Shown one piece after another: positions 9,825-17,947 of a stretch of DNA of 64,000 nucleotides. Each line of letters starts with the position of its first letter. The first letter of the stretch is position 1. The notes beneath the pieces were generated by a model, which was given only the letters and a program-made list of their open reading frames with translations, did not search any database and had not been told where the DNA came from. The DNA comes from an uncultured Deinococcaceae bacterium (GTDB lineage Bacteria > Deinococcota > Deinococci > Deinococcales > Deinococcaceae): positions 1 through 64,000 of the forward strand of contig CAXULY010000012.1 of the NCBI GenBank assembly GCA_964252075.1, written 5' to 3'. The position numbers and the translations under genes are program-made.

Positions 9825-10232
9825 GGCGGAGCGTGGCCCTGTCCAGGGTGTTGGCCTTGACTCCGACCTTCTGGCGCTGCACGGTAAACGCGTACAGGAC
9901 ATCAGGTGGGTTTGTTCTGCCGGTACGGCGGAGTTCGTCGCTGTTCCCGGCGGTTGAGGTCAGTTCTCGACAAGCCTGCCTTGGCTGCTTCGGGGCATTG
10001 AGTCTGTCTCCCGATGCGCACCCGACTGTTGCCCTCCCCACCTGTTGTCGGGGAGCACTCTGTGTGGGTTCATCACCGACGTTCGTATGGGCATGGGGCT
10101 GCGCACATCTGTCCGCCAACCCAGTCTTCGCCCTTCTGAGTCGGCTCGCGATGTACCGCTCCTGGTGCTGCCCGCCCCAGCTTGTGCATGTCATGCCACC
10201 TGCAAGCTACGGGCTGCCCATGCGGTCGTGCT

Positions 10233-10931
10233 TTACGTCAGTCGGTGCAGCCATTCCATGAGGAGCGTTTGTTCCGCCGCGCTGAACGGGGCGGGCAGGT
10301 CGGGCAGCAACGCCATCAGTGAGATGGCGTGCGCGGCGGCCTGCTGCCGTTCCGAGCCGCCCGCAGCGCCCGCCTCGGGCGTGAGGATGGCGGTCAGCAC
10401 CGCTTCACGCATCAGGTCCGCCACTTTCCGGTCCTGCACGGTGGCGCTCAGCAGGGCGAGGGTCACGCCCTGGCCCGCCGCGTGAATCATGGCGGTGGCG
10501 CGTTCCACGCTCACCGCGAGCCGTCCGGCTTCCGCGACGCGCTGCACCATGCGGTGCAGGATGCTGGCGGCTTCCTGCCCCGCGCGCGACGTCCGGCTGA
10601 GTTGCAGCGTGGTGTACATCAGGGTGTACAGGTGCGGGTGGGTGAGGCCGAACTCCACGTGGAGGTTCCACCCTTCGCGGAGGTCCTCGATGGGGTCGCC
10701 GAGGGGTGGGCGCGCCGCTTTGGCTTGCAGGTAGGACGCGAAGCCGGTGCTCGCGACGGCGTTCAGGAGGCCCTGCATGTCGCCGAACTGCCGGTAGATG
10801 GTGGGGGCCTGCACGTCGGCGGCGGCGCTCACCGCGCGGGTGGAGACGGCCTCCACCCCTTCCTCTTCGAGCAGCCTGAGGGCGGCCTGCAGGATGCGCT
10901 CACGGGGGGAGGATGGAGAGACCACAGTCAT
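10233..10931 (-). CDS. TetR/AcrR family transcriptional regulator
   Basis: RERILQAALRLL...VSTRAVSAAADVQAPTIYRQFGD; divergent from the aldo/keto reductase. Confidence 0.92.
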   Translation of the reverse strand: MTVVSPSSPRERILQAALRLLEEEGVEAVSTRAVSAAADVQAPTIYRQFGDMQGLLNAVASTGFASYLQAKAARPPLGDPIEDLREGWNLHVEFGLTHPHLYTLMYTTLQLSRTSRAGQEAASILHRMVQRVAEAGRLAVSVERATAMIHAAGQGVTLALLSATVQDRKVADLMREAVLTAILTPEAGAAGGSERQQAAAHAISLMALLPDLPAPFSAAEQTLLMEWLHRLT

Positions 10932-11062
10932 GAACACATGCTAACACGGTGATGTTACCGAGTTGACTTATCGCTGTTTATAGGCGTATGTTATCGGCGG
11001 AAACAACGTGTGTTGGTCTCACGCCAGCGCAGAAGCCACCCAATCCCTGAAGGAAGGCACCG

Positions 11063-11956
11063 ATGACGCACTCTACCACCCTCAACGACCGATTCACCCT
11101 GCCCGGCACCGACCTCACGCTCACCCGCATGGGGTACGGCGCCATGCAACTCGCGGGACCCGGCGTGTTCGGCCCCCCGCGCGACCCGGACGCCGCCATC
11201 GCCGTGCTGCGCGAGGCGCTCGCGCTCGGCATCAACCACATTGACACCAGCGACTTCTACGGCCCGCACGTCACGAACCAGCTCATCCGGCAGGCGCTCC
11301 ATCCCTATCCGGACGACCTGGTGATCGTCACGAAAGTCGGCGCCCGCCGCCCTGAGGACGCCTCATGGGTGCCCGCCATGACCCCCGGCGAACTCACGCA
11401 GGCCGTGCACGACAACCTGCGCAACCTCGGGCGGGACGCGCTCGACGTCGTGAACCTCCGCATGATGGGCGACGGCCACGGGCCGTCTGACGCCTCCCTC
11501 GCCGAGCCCCTCACGACGCTCACTGAGCTCAAGGCGCAGGGCCTCATCCGCCACATCGGGCTGAGCAACGTCACGCCCACCCAACTCGCGGAGGCGCAGA
11601 CCATCACCGACATCGTCTGCGTGCAGAACCTATACAACGTGGCCCAGCGGGAGGACGACGCCTTCATCGACGACCTCGCCCGCCAGGGCATCGCGTACGT
11701 GCCGTTCTTCCCGCTCGGCGGGTTCACGCCGCTGCAGTCCTCGGCCCTCACGGAGGTTGCCACGCAGCTTGGGGCGACGCCCATGCAGGTGGCGCTCGCC
11801 TGGCTGCTGCACCGCGCGCCGAACATCCTGGTGATTCCCGGCACGTCGTCCGTCGCGCACCTGCGCGAGAACGTCGCGGCGGCCCACCTTGTCCTCCCGG
11901 ACGAGGCGCTCGCGCGGCTCAACGCCATTGCCGCAGCGGGCGCACCTCAGGCGTAA
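11063..11956 (+). CDS. aldo/keto reductase (YdbC-like)
   Basis: RMGYGAMQL, IDTSDFYG, IVTKVG, IGLSNV, VQNLYN, IPGTSSVAHLREN. Confidence 0.93.
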   Translation: MTHSTTLNDRFTLPGTDLTLTRMGYGAMQLAGPGVFGPPRDPDAAIAVLREALALGINHIDTSDFYGPHVTNQLIRQALHPYPDDLVIVTKVGARRPEDASWVPAMTPGELTQAVHDNLRNLGRDALDVVNLRMMGDGHGPSDASLAEPLTTLTELKAQGLIRHIGLSNVTPTQLAEAQTITDIVCVQNLYNVAQREDDAFIDDLARQGIAYVPFFPLGGFTPLQSSALTEVATQLGATPMQVALAWLLHRAPNILVIPGTSSVAHLRENVAAAHLVLPDEALARLNAIAAAGAPQA

Positions 11957-12095
11957 CGGCCCCACACCCTTCAGGGGCGCTGTGCTCTCCCCTTCTGGGC
12001 ACGGCCCGCCAAACGCCAAAGCATGGACCCGCACCCTTCTGACAGGGGGCGCGCGTTCATGCGGTTCCGGCTGGAGCGCACCCCGGACCGCCGGC

Positions 12096-13535
12096 TCACC
12101 GCAGCGTCAGGACCGCGCCGAGCAGGCCCAGCAGCAGGGCGGGCCAGCGGCGTGCGGGGCGGCGCAGGCCGCTGGCGGCGAGGCCCACGAAGGCCAGCGG
12201 CCACGCGATGCTGAGGGCGCGCGTCCAGGCGTCCACGTCCAGGGTGGCGCGGCCCTCCAGCCACGCGCGCACGGCGGCTTCGGTGGCGCTCGCTTCGGGG
12301 GCGGGGATGCGGCTGGCGGGCAGCGTGAGGTCGGCGGAAATGACGGTCTCCAGGTAGGCGTTCTGCAGCGGGTCGCCGCGACCGGGCGCGAGGCGACGCC
12401 CCATCTCGCGCAGCGCCTCAGGTGCGCCGGTCGCCACCCACGGCGCGAGCGCCAGGAAGCCGGGGCGGGGGTCCGTCATGACGTACGAGCGCTCGTCCGG
12501 CGTCTCCGCAGGCCGCGCGACGATGGCGCTCTGGCCGTCGAAGGGCACGCCGAGCAGGTTCCCGACCACCATGGGGTTGATGGCGTACCGCAGGGTGATG
12601 GCGCGCTGCACGGCCCGCCAGCTGCTGTCCAGCCACGCTTCGGGCTGGTCGCGCAGGTGCTGCGGGTCGGGCGGCAGGCCCTCCCTGGCGGTCCATTCGC
12701 TGGCGTTCGCGTCGGGTTGCAGGAGGACGGTCGCGCCGTGCGCCTCGGCGTGCGCGATGAAGTCGGTTTTGAAAGCGTCGAGGCTGGTCGCCACCGCGAG
12801 GTCCCCCACCGGCGTGGGGAACACGCGGAGGTCCGCGAGCTGGCCGGGCGTGAGGTCCAGGCCGCCCGCCTCCTCGTCCGGCGTGAGGTACACCTTGTCC
12901 GTCAGGCCGATGAGGTCGCCGTTCGGGTCGAAGATGGGCGCGGTGTTGTAGACGCCCGGGCCGTCCACGACCACGCGGTTGCCCTGCAGGCGCAGGTGCG
13001 GGAGGGTGCCCGTGCCGCACGCGAGGTACACCCCGAACTCGCGGGCGAGGTCCGCGCAGGTCCGCAGGTACTGCGCGGTCGTGCCGGGCGCCTGGGCGAG
13101 CAGCAGGCCGCGCACCACGGAGACGCGGTGCCGCGCGGCGTGCAGGAGGGCGGCGGGCAGGTGCTTGAGCAGCACCAGGCCGAGCCCCAGCTGCAGGCTC
13201 GGCATGCGCGCGGCGAGCGGCGCGCCCTGCAGGGCGAGCGGCATCCCGTTCAGTTCGGTGAGCACCACGAGGTTGGGCCGCGTGGGGTCAAGGTGCGGGC
13301 GGGCGGCGAGGAGTTGCGCGCGCAGCCACGCGCGAAAGCGGGCGGGCGTGACGTAGTCGGTGGCGCGCCACTTGGGTTGCACGGCGACCGCACGGAAGCG
13401 GCGGGGCGCGTCCGTGCGTCCGAGGCGCGGTGCGGGCCACAGCACCGGCGGCGCGGGCGCCAGGCGGCTGGCGGTGGCGCGCGCCGCCACGGCGACCAGC
13501 AGCGCGGCGGCGAGGAGGGGAAGGGAGCGGCGCAT
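12096..13535 (-). CDS. carbon-nitrogen hydrolase (nitrilase superfamily) protein, membrane-anchored
   Basis: AVAVQP, VVLTE, VYNTAPIFDPNG..IG..DKVYL, TPVGDLAVATSLD; N-terminal signal and C-terminal hydrophobic segments. Confidence 0.8.
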   Translation of the reverse strand: MRRSLPLLAAALLVAVAARATASRLAPAPPVLWPAPRLGRTDAPRRFRAVAVQPKWRATDYVTPARFRAWLRAQLLAARPHLDPTRPNLVVLTELNGMPLALQGAPLAARMPSLQLGLGLVLLKHLPAALLHAARHRVSVVRGLLLAQAPGTTAQYLRTCADLAREFGVYLACGTGTLPHLRLQGNRVVVDGPGVYNTAPIFDPNGDLIGLTDKVYLTPDEEAGGLDLTPGQLADLRVFPTPVGDLAVATSLDAFKTDFIAHAEAHGATVLLQPDANASEWTAREGLPPDPQHLRDQPEAWLDSSWRAVQRAITLRYAINPMVVGNLLGVPFDGQSAIVARPAETPDERSYVMTDPRPGFLALAPWVATGAPEALREMGRRLAPGRGDPLQNAYLETVISADLTLPASRIPAPEASATEAAVRAWLEGRATLDVDAWTRALSIAWPLAFVGLAASGLRRPARRWPALLLGLLGAVLTLR

Positions 13536-13565
13536 CCTGGCTCGGAGTGTACCCCGCCCCACGAG

Positions 13566-13592
13566 AAACCGCCCGGCGGTGGGCCGGGCGGT
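13566..13592 (-). terminator. intrinsic terminator after rpsO
   Basis: ACCGCCCGGC-N5-GCCGGGCGGT stem followed by a short U tract on the minus strand. Confidence 0.55.
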
Positions 13593-13605
13593 GCGTGGCG
13601 TGCGC

Positions 13606-13890
13606 TTAGCGGACCACGCGCTGGCCGCGGCGGATGCCGAGGCGATCGGTGAGCGCGATGTACGCGTCGTAGTCCTTGCGCTCCAGGTACTTCAGGAGGC
13701 GGCGGCGCTGGCCGTTGAGCATCTGCAGGCCGCGCTGGCTGTGCTTGTCCTTCTTGTTCTCGTTCAGGTGACGGGACAGGTTGCTGATGCGCTCGCTGAG
13801 CAGCGCGATCTGCACGGTGGTGGAGCCCGTGTCCCCGGCGCTCTGCGCGAATTCCTGAACGACGGCGGCCTTCTTTTCGGCGGTGGTCAT
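13606..13890 (-). CDS. rpsO: 30S ribosomal protein S15
   Basis: [28 protein letters not shown]...RRRLLKYL. Confidence 0.98.
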   Translation of the reverse strand: MTTAEKKAAVVQEFAQSAGDTGSTTVQIALLSERISNLSRHLNENKKDKHSQRGLQMLNGQRRRLLKYLERKDYDAYIALTDRLGIRRGQRVVR

Positions 13891-13995
13891 ACTTGTACCT
13901 CTACTGTTATAAGTCCCGCGTTCGCGAGCCAGGCATCAAAGGCCCACCCACGAGGCGGCACAAGATGATAGCACGCCGTCACGCGGCGGAAGAAG

Positions 13996-14024
13996 TTGAC
14001 AAGGCCCGAAAAGCTTCGTATTCT
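13996..14024 (+). promoter_or_regulatory. sigma-70 promoter of tRNA-Leu
   Basis: TTGACA-17 bp-TATTCT, about 18 nt upstream of the tRNA. Confidence 0.75.
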
Positions 14025-14042
14025 TTGCTTCGCTGTTTCCCT

Positions 14043-14127
14043 GCTGGGGTGGCGGAATTGGTAGACGCACTAGCTTGAGGTGCTAGCGCCGCGAGGCGTG
14101 TGGGTTCAAGTCCCATCTCCAGCACCA
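14043..14127 (+). tRNA. tRNA-Leu (anticodon GAG)
   Basis: Acceptor GCTGGGG/CTCCAGC, D-loop GGAATTGGTAGAC, anticodon arm CTAGC-TTGAGGT-GCTAG, long variable arm, GGTTCAAGTCC, encoded CCA. Confidence 0.97.
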
Positions 14128-14130
14128 GCG

Positions 14131-14162
14131 CGCCGTCGGGTTCTCCCGGCGGCGTCTTTTTT
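14131..14162 (+). terminator. intrinsic terminator after tRNA
   Basis: CGCCGTCGGG-TTCT-CCCGGCGGCG followed by T6. Confidence 0.8.
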
Positions 14163-14198
14163 GCTCCGGCGCGCGGCGGACAGGCTAAAATGCCGGGA

Positions 14199-14591
14199 AT
14201 GACCCTGGTCGAACGCGCCCAGAACGCCCACCGCCACGCGCGCGAGGCGGAGCGCAAACAGGTGTTCGAGCGCGCCACAGAGTTGCTGCGCGGCTTCGGC
14301 GCGACGCGCATGAGCCGCTTCAAGGACAGCGAGTTCCCGCTGCTCGTCTTCGCGGACGAACTGGAGTTCGCGGCGTACCCGGACGCGCGCGGCGTGCGCC
14401 TGTACCTCGTGCGGCGCGACGCGTACAGCCTGCCCGTCGAGGACCGCCGGGAGATCCGCAGCCTCGAGGACCTCGGCGCGGCGCTGGAGGACTTCCAGCC
14501 GCGCGTGCAGGCGGACCGAGAGGGCCTGGAGGACCACATCCGGCGCCTCGTACGGGAAGAGCTGAACCTCCGCGAACGCTTCCCCGACTGA
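14199..14591 (+). CDS. hypothetical protein
   Basis: GC3-biased ORF; TAAAAT 7 nt before ATG 14199 (leaderless pattern). Confidence 0.7.
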   Translation: MTLVERAQNAHRHAREAERKQVFERATELLRGFGATRMSRFKDSEFPLLVFADELEFAAYPDARGVRLYLVRRDAYSLPVEDRREIRSLEDLGAALEDFQPRVQADREGLEDHIRRLVREELNLRERFPD

Positions 14592-14743
14592 ACTCGCGCA
14601 GGGCCGGAAGCGGCGGAGCGCCCCGCAGCCACCCTGTCACGCCCGCAGACGAGGTCATGGCGGGCTGGTGGCCGCCCTCCTGGCCCTTCCCAGGCACGCC
14701 CTGGCGCGTCACACGCGCTCCGCCGCTTGGGTAGAATTCCGGC

Positions 14744-15313
14744 ATGAACCGGGACGAGGCGTATGCCCTGATGGTGCAGCACACCCCAAGCGCGAGCCTG
14801 CAGCGCCACATGCTGAACGTGGAGGCCGCTATGCGGCACTACGCGCGGCACTGGGGTGAGGACGAGGAACTGTACGCCGTGGCGGGCCTGCTGCACGACT
14901 TCGATTACGAGCAGCACCCCTACGAGCCCGACACGCAGAGCGGGCACCCCTACTGGGGCGTGACGTACCTGCGGGAGCACACGGACACCCCGGAAGAGGT
15001 GCTGGACGCCATCATGGGGCACGCGACGTACAGCGGCACACCGCGCGAGTCGCGCCTCTCGAAAACCCTCTTCGCGGTGGATGAACTGACGGGCCTCGTG
15101 CAGGCCGCCGCCCTCATCCGACCGGACAAGGACGTGCGGCAGCTGGAGTTGTCGAGCGTCCGCAAGCGCTTCAAGAACCGCGCCTTCGCGGCGGGCGTGA
15201 ACCGCGATGAGGTCGAGGAGGGCGCGCGCGACCTGGGCCTCAGCCTGGACGAGCACATGCAGCACGTGCTGAGCGCCATGCAGCAGATGCCGGACCCGAC
15301 CCCACACGCCTGA
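14744..15313 (+). CDS. HD-domain (HDIG-type) metal-dependent phosphohydrolase
   Basis: H..VEAAM, GLLHDFDYE, AIMGHA, LFAVDELTG, FAAGVNR. Confidence 0.92.
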   Translation: MNRDEAYALMVQHTPSASLQRHMLNVEAAMRHYARHWGEDEELYAVAGLLHDFDYEQHPYEPDTQSGHPYWGVTYLREHTDTPEEVLDAIMGHATYSGTPRESRLSKTLFAVDELTGLVQAAALIRPDKDVRQLELSSVRKRFKNRAFAAGVNRDEVEEGARDLGLSLDEHMQHVLSAMQQMPDPTPHA

Positions 15314-15327
15314 GGGCTCAGGCAAGC

Positions 15328-15357
15328 GGCGGGCCCACCGTGTTCGGTGGGCCCGCC
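15328..15357. terminator. hairpin between convergent genes
   Basis: GGCGGGCCCACCG-TGTT-CGGTGGGCCCGCC 13-bp perfect stem. Confidence 0.6.
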
Positions 15358-15451
15358 TGCGCACGTGGTGGGGGGAGGGACCGTGCTGCTGCTCAGTGTG
15401 CGCCCGCACCTCTTGCTGATTTCTGACAGGCGGCGGCGTTCACCTTCAGCT

Positions 15452-15664
15452 TCACGCTGGGGAGGGCGTGGGTTCCGGCATGGGGGGCGGGTCCGGCATG
15501 TTCGGCATGCCGGGCGTGTCGGGGTTCGCGGGCGGGTCAATTTCCGGGAGGGGCGTCTCGTGCGGCGGCATCTGGCGCGGCTGCGGCGGCGGCAGGTACG
15601 GCGGGTCGCCCGCGGGGGCCGGGGGGCGGTCACCAGGATCGGTGAGGCGAATGGAATCGCGCAT
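15452..15664 (-). CDS. small proline-rich hypothetical protein (70 aa)
   Basis: Strong RBS AAGGAGGT before ATG; MRDSIRLTDPGDRPPAP...PEIDPPANPDTPGMP. Confidence 0.6.
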   Translation of the reverse strand: MRDSIRLTDPGDRPPAPAGDPPYLPPPQPRQMPPHETPLPEIDPPANPDTPGMPNMPDPPPMPEPTPSPA

Positions 15665-15852
15665 GACATGACCTCCTTTGAGGCCGACCCTAACTCGACA
15701 GTTGCAACCGTCCACACGAGAGACGTGAAGAAGGCTTTAGAAGGCGAGGTCCACGCACCGTCCGAGAAGGGAAGGTTCTTCCCAAGACCCTAACCGCGCG
15801 CAGGAACAGCAGGGTAACGCCGACCTAACGGCATAAACGTAAGGTGTGAGCC

Positions 15853-16707
15853 ATGGAGATCAAACGCCTGCTGGCCGTGGCTACGCTAAGCCTACCCCTC
15901 GTCTTGAACCTCGCCGCCTGCTCCGGTCCCGTCGGGCAGAGCGGCACGCAAGGCCCTGCTGGAGCCGAGGGACCAGCTGGTCCGACTGGCGCCAGCGGTC
16001 CCGAGGGACCGACAGGAGCAACCGGCCCGGGAGGACCAACGGGCGCCACGGGAGCTCCGGGCATACCGGGAGCGAGCGGGCCAACAGGCGCGACAGGGCC
16101 GACTGGTGCGACGGGCTCCACGGGCGCCACCGGCGAGCCTGGCCCCGTCGGTCCCACCGGAGCAACGGGTTCCACTGGACCGACCGGTGCGCCGGGTCCC
16201 ACTGGCGCGCCTGGACCAAGCACCAGCATCGTGGTGAAGACCATCACGGTGACCCCAGAGCAATATGTGAACGCCAGCCTGGATACGCAGACCTCATCAG
16301 AGGGAGTGCAGGGTATGTCTATCCGCATGGCGACGGTCGCCGTGCCCGAGATCACTTCAGACGTGCTGAGCGGTGGACTGGTGGTCACGTACATCCTGTC
16401 CGGCAGCAGCAATGCATCGGGCGCTCCCACGCCCCTGCCCTACACCTGGAAGCGCTACACCAACTTCGCGTTCAACAAGTACTATCTGGGCACCTACGGG
16501 TCACAGATCCTTGCAGGCGCTGTCAATTTCTTCTACTACCCCACCGACGCAACTGATGCTGCTCCAGAGGTGTTCAATCTTGCCGTCCCTCCCCAGACCT
16601 TCAAGGTGTACATCCTGAGCGGCGCGGCGGTGCGGGCGGCCAGCGCGCGTCACGTGAACCTGAACAGCCCTCAGGCCATCCAACAGTTTTCCAAGACCTT
16701 CCGCTGA
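15853..16707 (+). CDS. collagen-like lipoprotein
   Basis: Lipobox LAAC (Cys23), 33 uninterrupted Gly-X-Y triplets, globular C-terminal domain. Confidence 0.88.
   Translation: MEIKRLLAVATLSLPLVLNLAACSGPVGQSGTQGPAGAEGPAGPTGASGPEGPTGATGPGGPTGATGAPGIPGASGPTGATGPTGATGSTGATGEPGPVGPTGATGSTGPTGAPGPTGAPGPSTSIVVKTITVTPEQYVNASLDTQTSSEGVQGMSIRMATVAVPEITSDVLSGGLVVTYILSGSSNASGAPTPLPYTWKRYTNFAFNKYYLGTYGSQILAGAVNFFYYPTDATDAAPEVFNLAVPPQTFKVYILSGAAVRAASARHVNLNSPQAIQQFSKTFR
15925..16221 (+). repeat. Gly-X-Y collagen triple-helix coding repeat
   Basis: 33 triplets, dominated by GPT and GAT. Confidence 0.85.
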
Positions 16708-16728
16708 GACCTGCTGTTGGAACAACAC

Positions 16729-16757
16729 CGTGGGACAGGATATCCTCCTGTCCCACG
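16729..16757. terminator. hairpin between convergent collagen-like gene and pilT
   Basis: CGTGGGACAGGA-TATCC-TCCTGTCCCACG 12-bp perfect stem. Confidence 0.65.
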
Positions 16758-16776
16758 CCCCCATTGTTTTCCTAGC

Positions 16777-17925
16777 TCAGCGCCGTCCGAAGCTGCCGGT
16801 GGGCTGACTGGTCGCGGCGGGACGCGCGGGCGCCGCTGCTGGCGCGCCACCGCCCGCGCCGTCCGTGGCGAGGCGCGCGAACTCCTTGGGGTCCACGGCG
16901 CGCTCCAGGCCCACCTCGTAACTGATGAGGCGCTTCTTGAACATGCCCGCCAGCATGTAGTCCATGGTGACCATGCCGGCCTGCGCGTTCGTCTGCATGA
17001 CGCTCACGATCTGGTAGGTCTTGCCTTCGCGGATGAGGGCGCGCACGGCGGGGTTCGCGATGAGCAGCTCATACGCCAGGATGCGGCCGTTGCCGTCCAG
17101 GCGCGGGAGCAGCTGCTGCGTCATGATCGCGACGAGGTTGTTTGCGAGCTGCACGCGGATCTGCTCTTGCTGCTCCTCGGGGAACACGTCCACGATGCGG
17201 TCAATGGATTCCGGTGCGCTGTTGGTGTGCAGGGTGCCCATCACGAGGTGCCCGGTTTCGGCGGCGGTCACGGCGGCCTTGATGGTCTCGTAGTCGCGAA
17301 GCTCGCCCACCAGGATCACGTCGGGCGCCTGGCGGAGCACGGCGCGCAGGGCGTTCTGGAAGTCCCAGGTGTCGGCGCCCACCTCGCGCTGGTTCACGAT
17401 GGAGTTCTTGTGCTTATGCAGGAACTCGATGGGGTCCTCGATCGTCACGATGTGCAGCTTCTTGGTGGTGTTGATGTGGTCGATCATCGCGGCGAGCGTG
17501 GTGCTCTTGCCGGAGCCCGTGGGGCCCGTGACGAGCACCAGGCCGCGCGGCGCGTTCGATACGTCGATCACCTGCTGCGGGAGGTTCATCTCGGCGGCGC
17601 TCTTGATCTGCGTGGGGATGAGGCGCATCACGCCGCCCACGCTCCCCTTCTGCATGAAGGCGTTCACGCGGAAGCGCGCCTTGTCGCCGAGCGCGAAGGA
17701 GAAGTCCAGCTCGCGTTTCTCTTCGAAGTTCCGCTGCTGCTTCTCGTTCATCATGCTGTACATCAGCTTGCGGGTGTCGGTGCCTTCCAGCTCACCGAAG
17801 TCGAAGCTGGTGTACACGCCGTGAATCTTGAACTGGGGCGGCAGGCCGACCGTCAGGATCACGTCGGACGCGAGCTTCTCGGCGGCGACGCGCAGGATGT
17901 CGGTGATGTCTCCGGGGGTGTTCAT
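16777..17925 (-). CDS. pilT: type IV pilus retraction ATPase PilT
   Basis: GPTGSGKSTT, TIEDPIE, RQAPDVILVGELRD, TGHLVMGTLH, VRALIREGK; RBS AAGGAG. Confidence 0.95.
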   Translation of the reverse strand: MNTPGDITDILRVAAEKLASDVILTVGLPPQFKIHGVYTSFDFGELEGTDTRKLMYSMMNEKQQRNFEEKRELDFSFALGDKARFRVNAFMQKGSVGGVMRLIPTQIKSAAEMNLPQQVIDVSNAPRGLVLVTGPTGSGKSTTLAAMIDHINTTKKLHIVTIEDPIEFLHKHKNSIVNQREVGADTWDFQNALRAVLRQAPDVILVGELRDYETIKAAVTAAETGHLVMGTLHTNSAPESIDRIVDVFPEEQQEQIRVQLANNLVAIMTQQLLPRLDGNGRILAYELLIANPAVRALIREGKTYQIVSVMQTNAQAGMVTMDYMLAGMFKKRLISYEVGLERAVDPKEFARLATDGAGGGAPAAAPARPAATSQPTGSFGRR

Positions 17926-17947
17926 GGTTGCTCCTTGGGGGAAGGGG

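Noticed and set aside
13891..13975. Possible S15 autoregulatory leader RNA
   Set aside because: Plausible by position, but I cannot support a specific structure without a covariance search.
14043..14127. tRNA-Leu as an integration site
   Set aside because: No integrase nearby, and I saw no duplicated tRNA 3' end in the window.
15925..16221. Repetitive DNA as a possible CRISPR array
   Set aside because: It is codon-level Gly-X-Y periodicity, not repeat-spacer structure; no cas genes are present.
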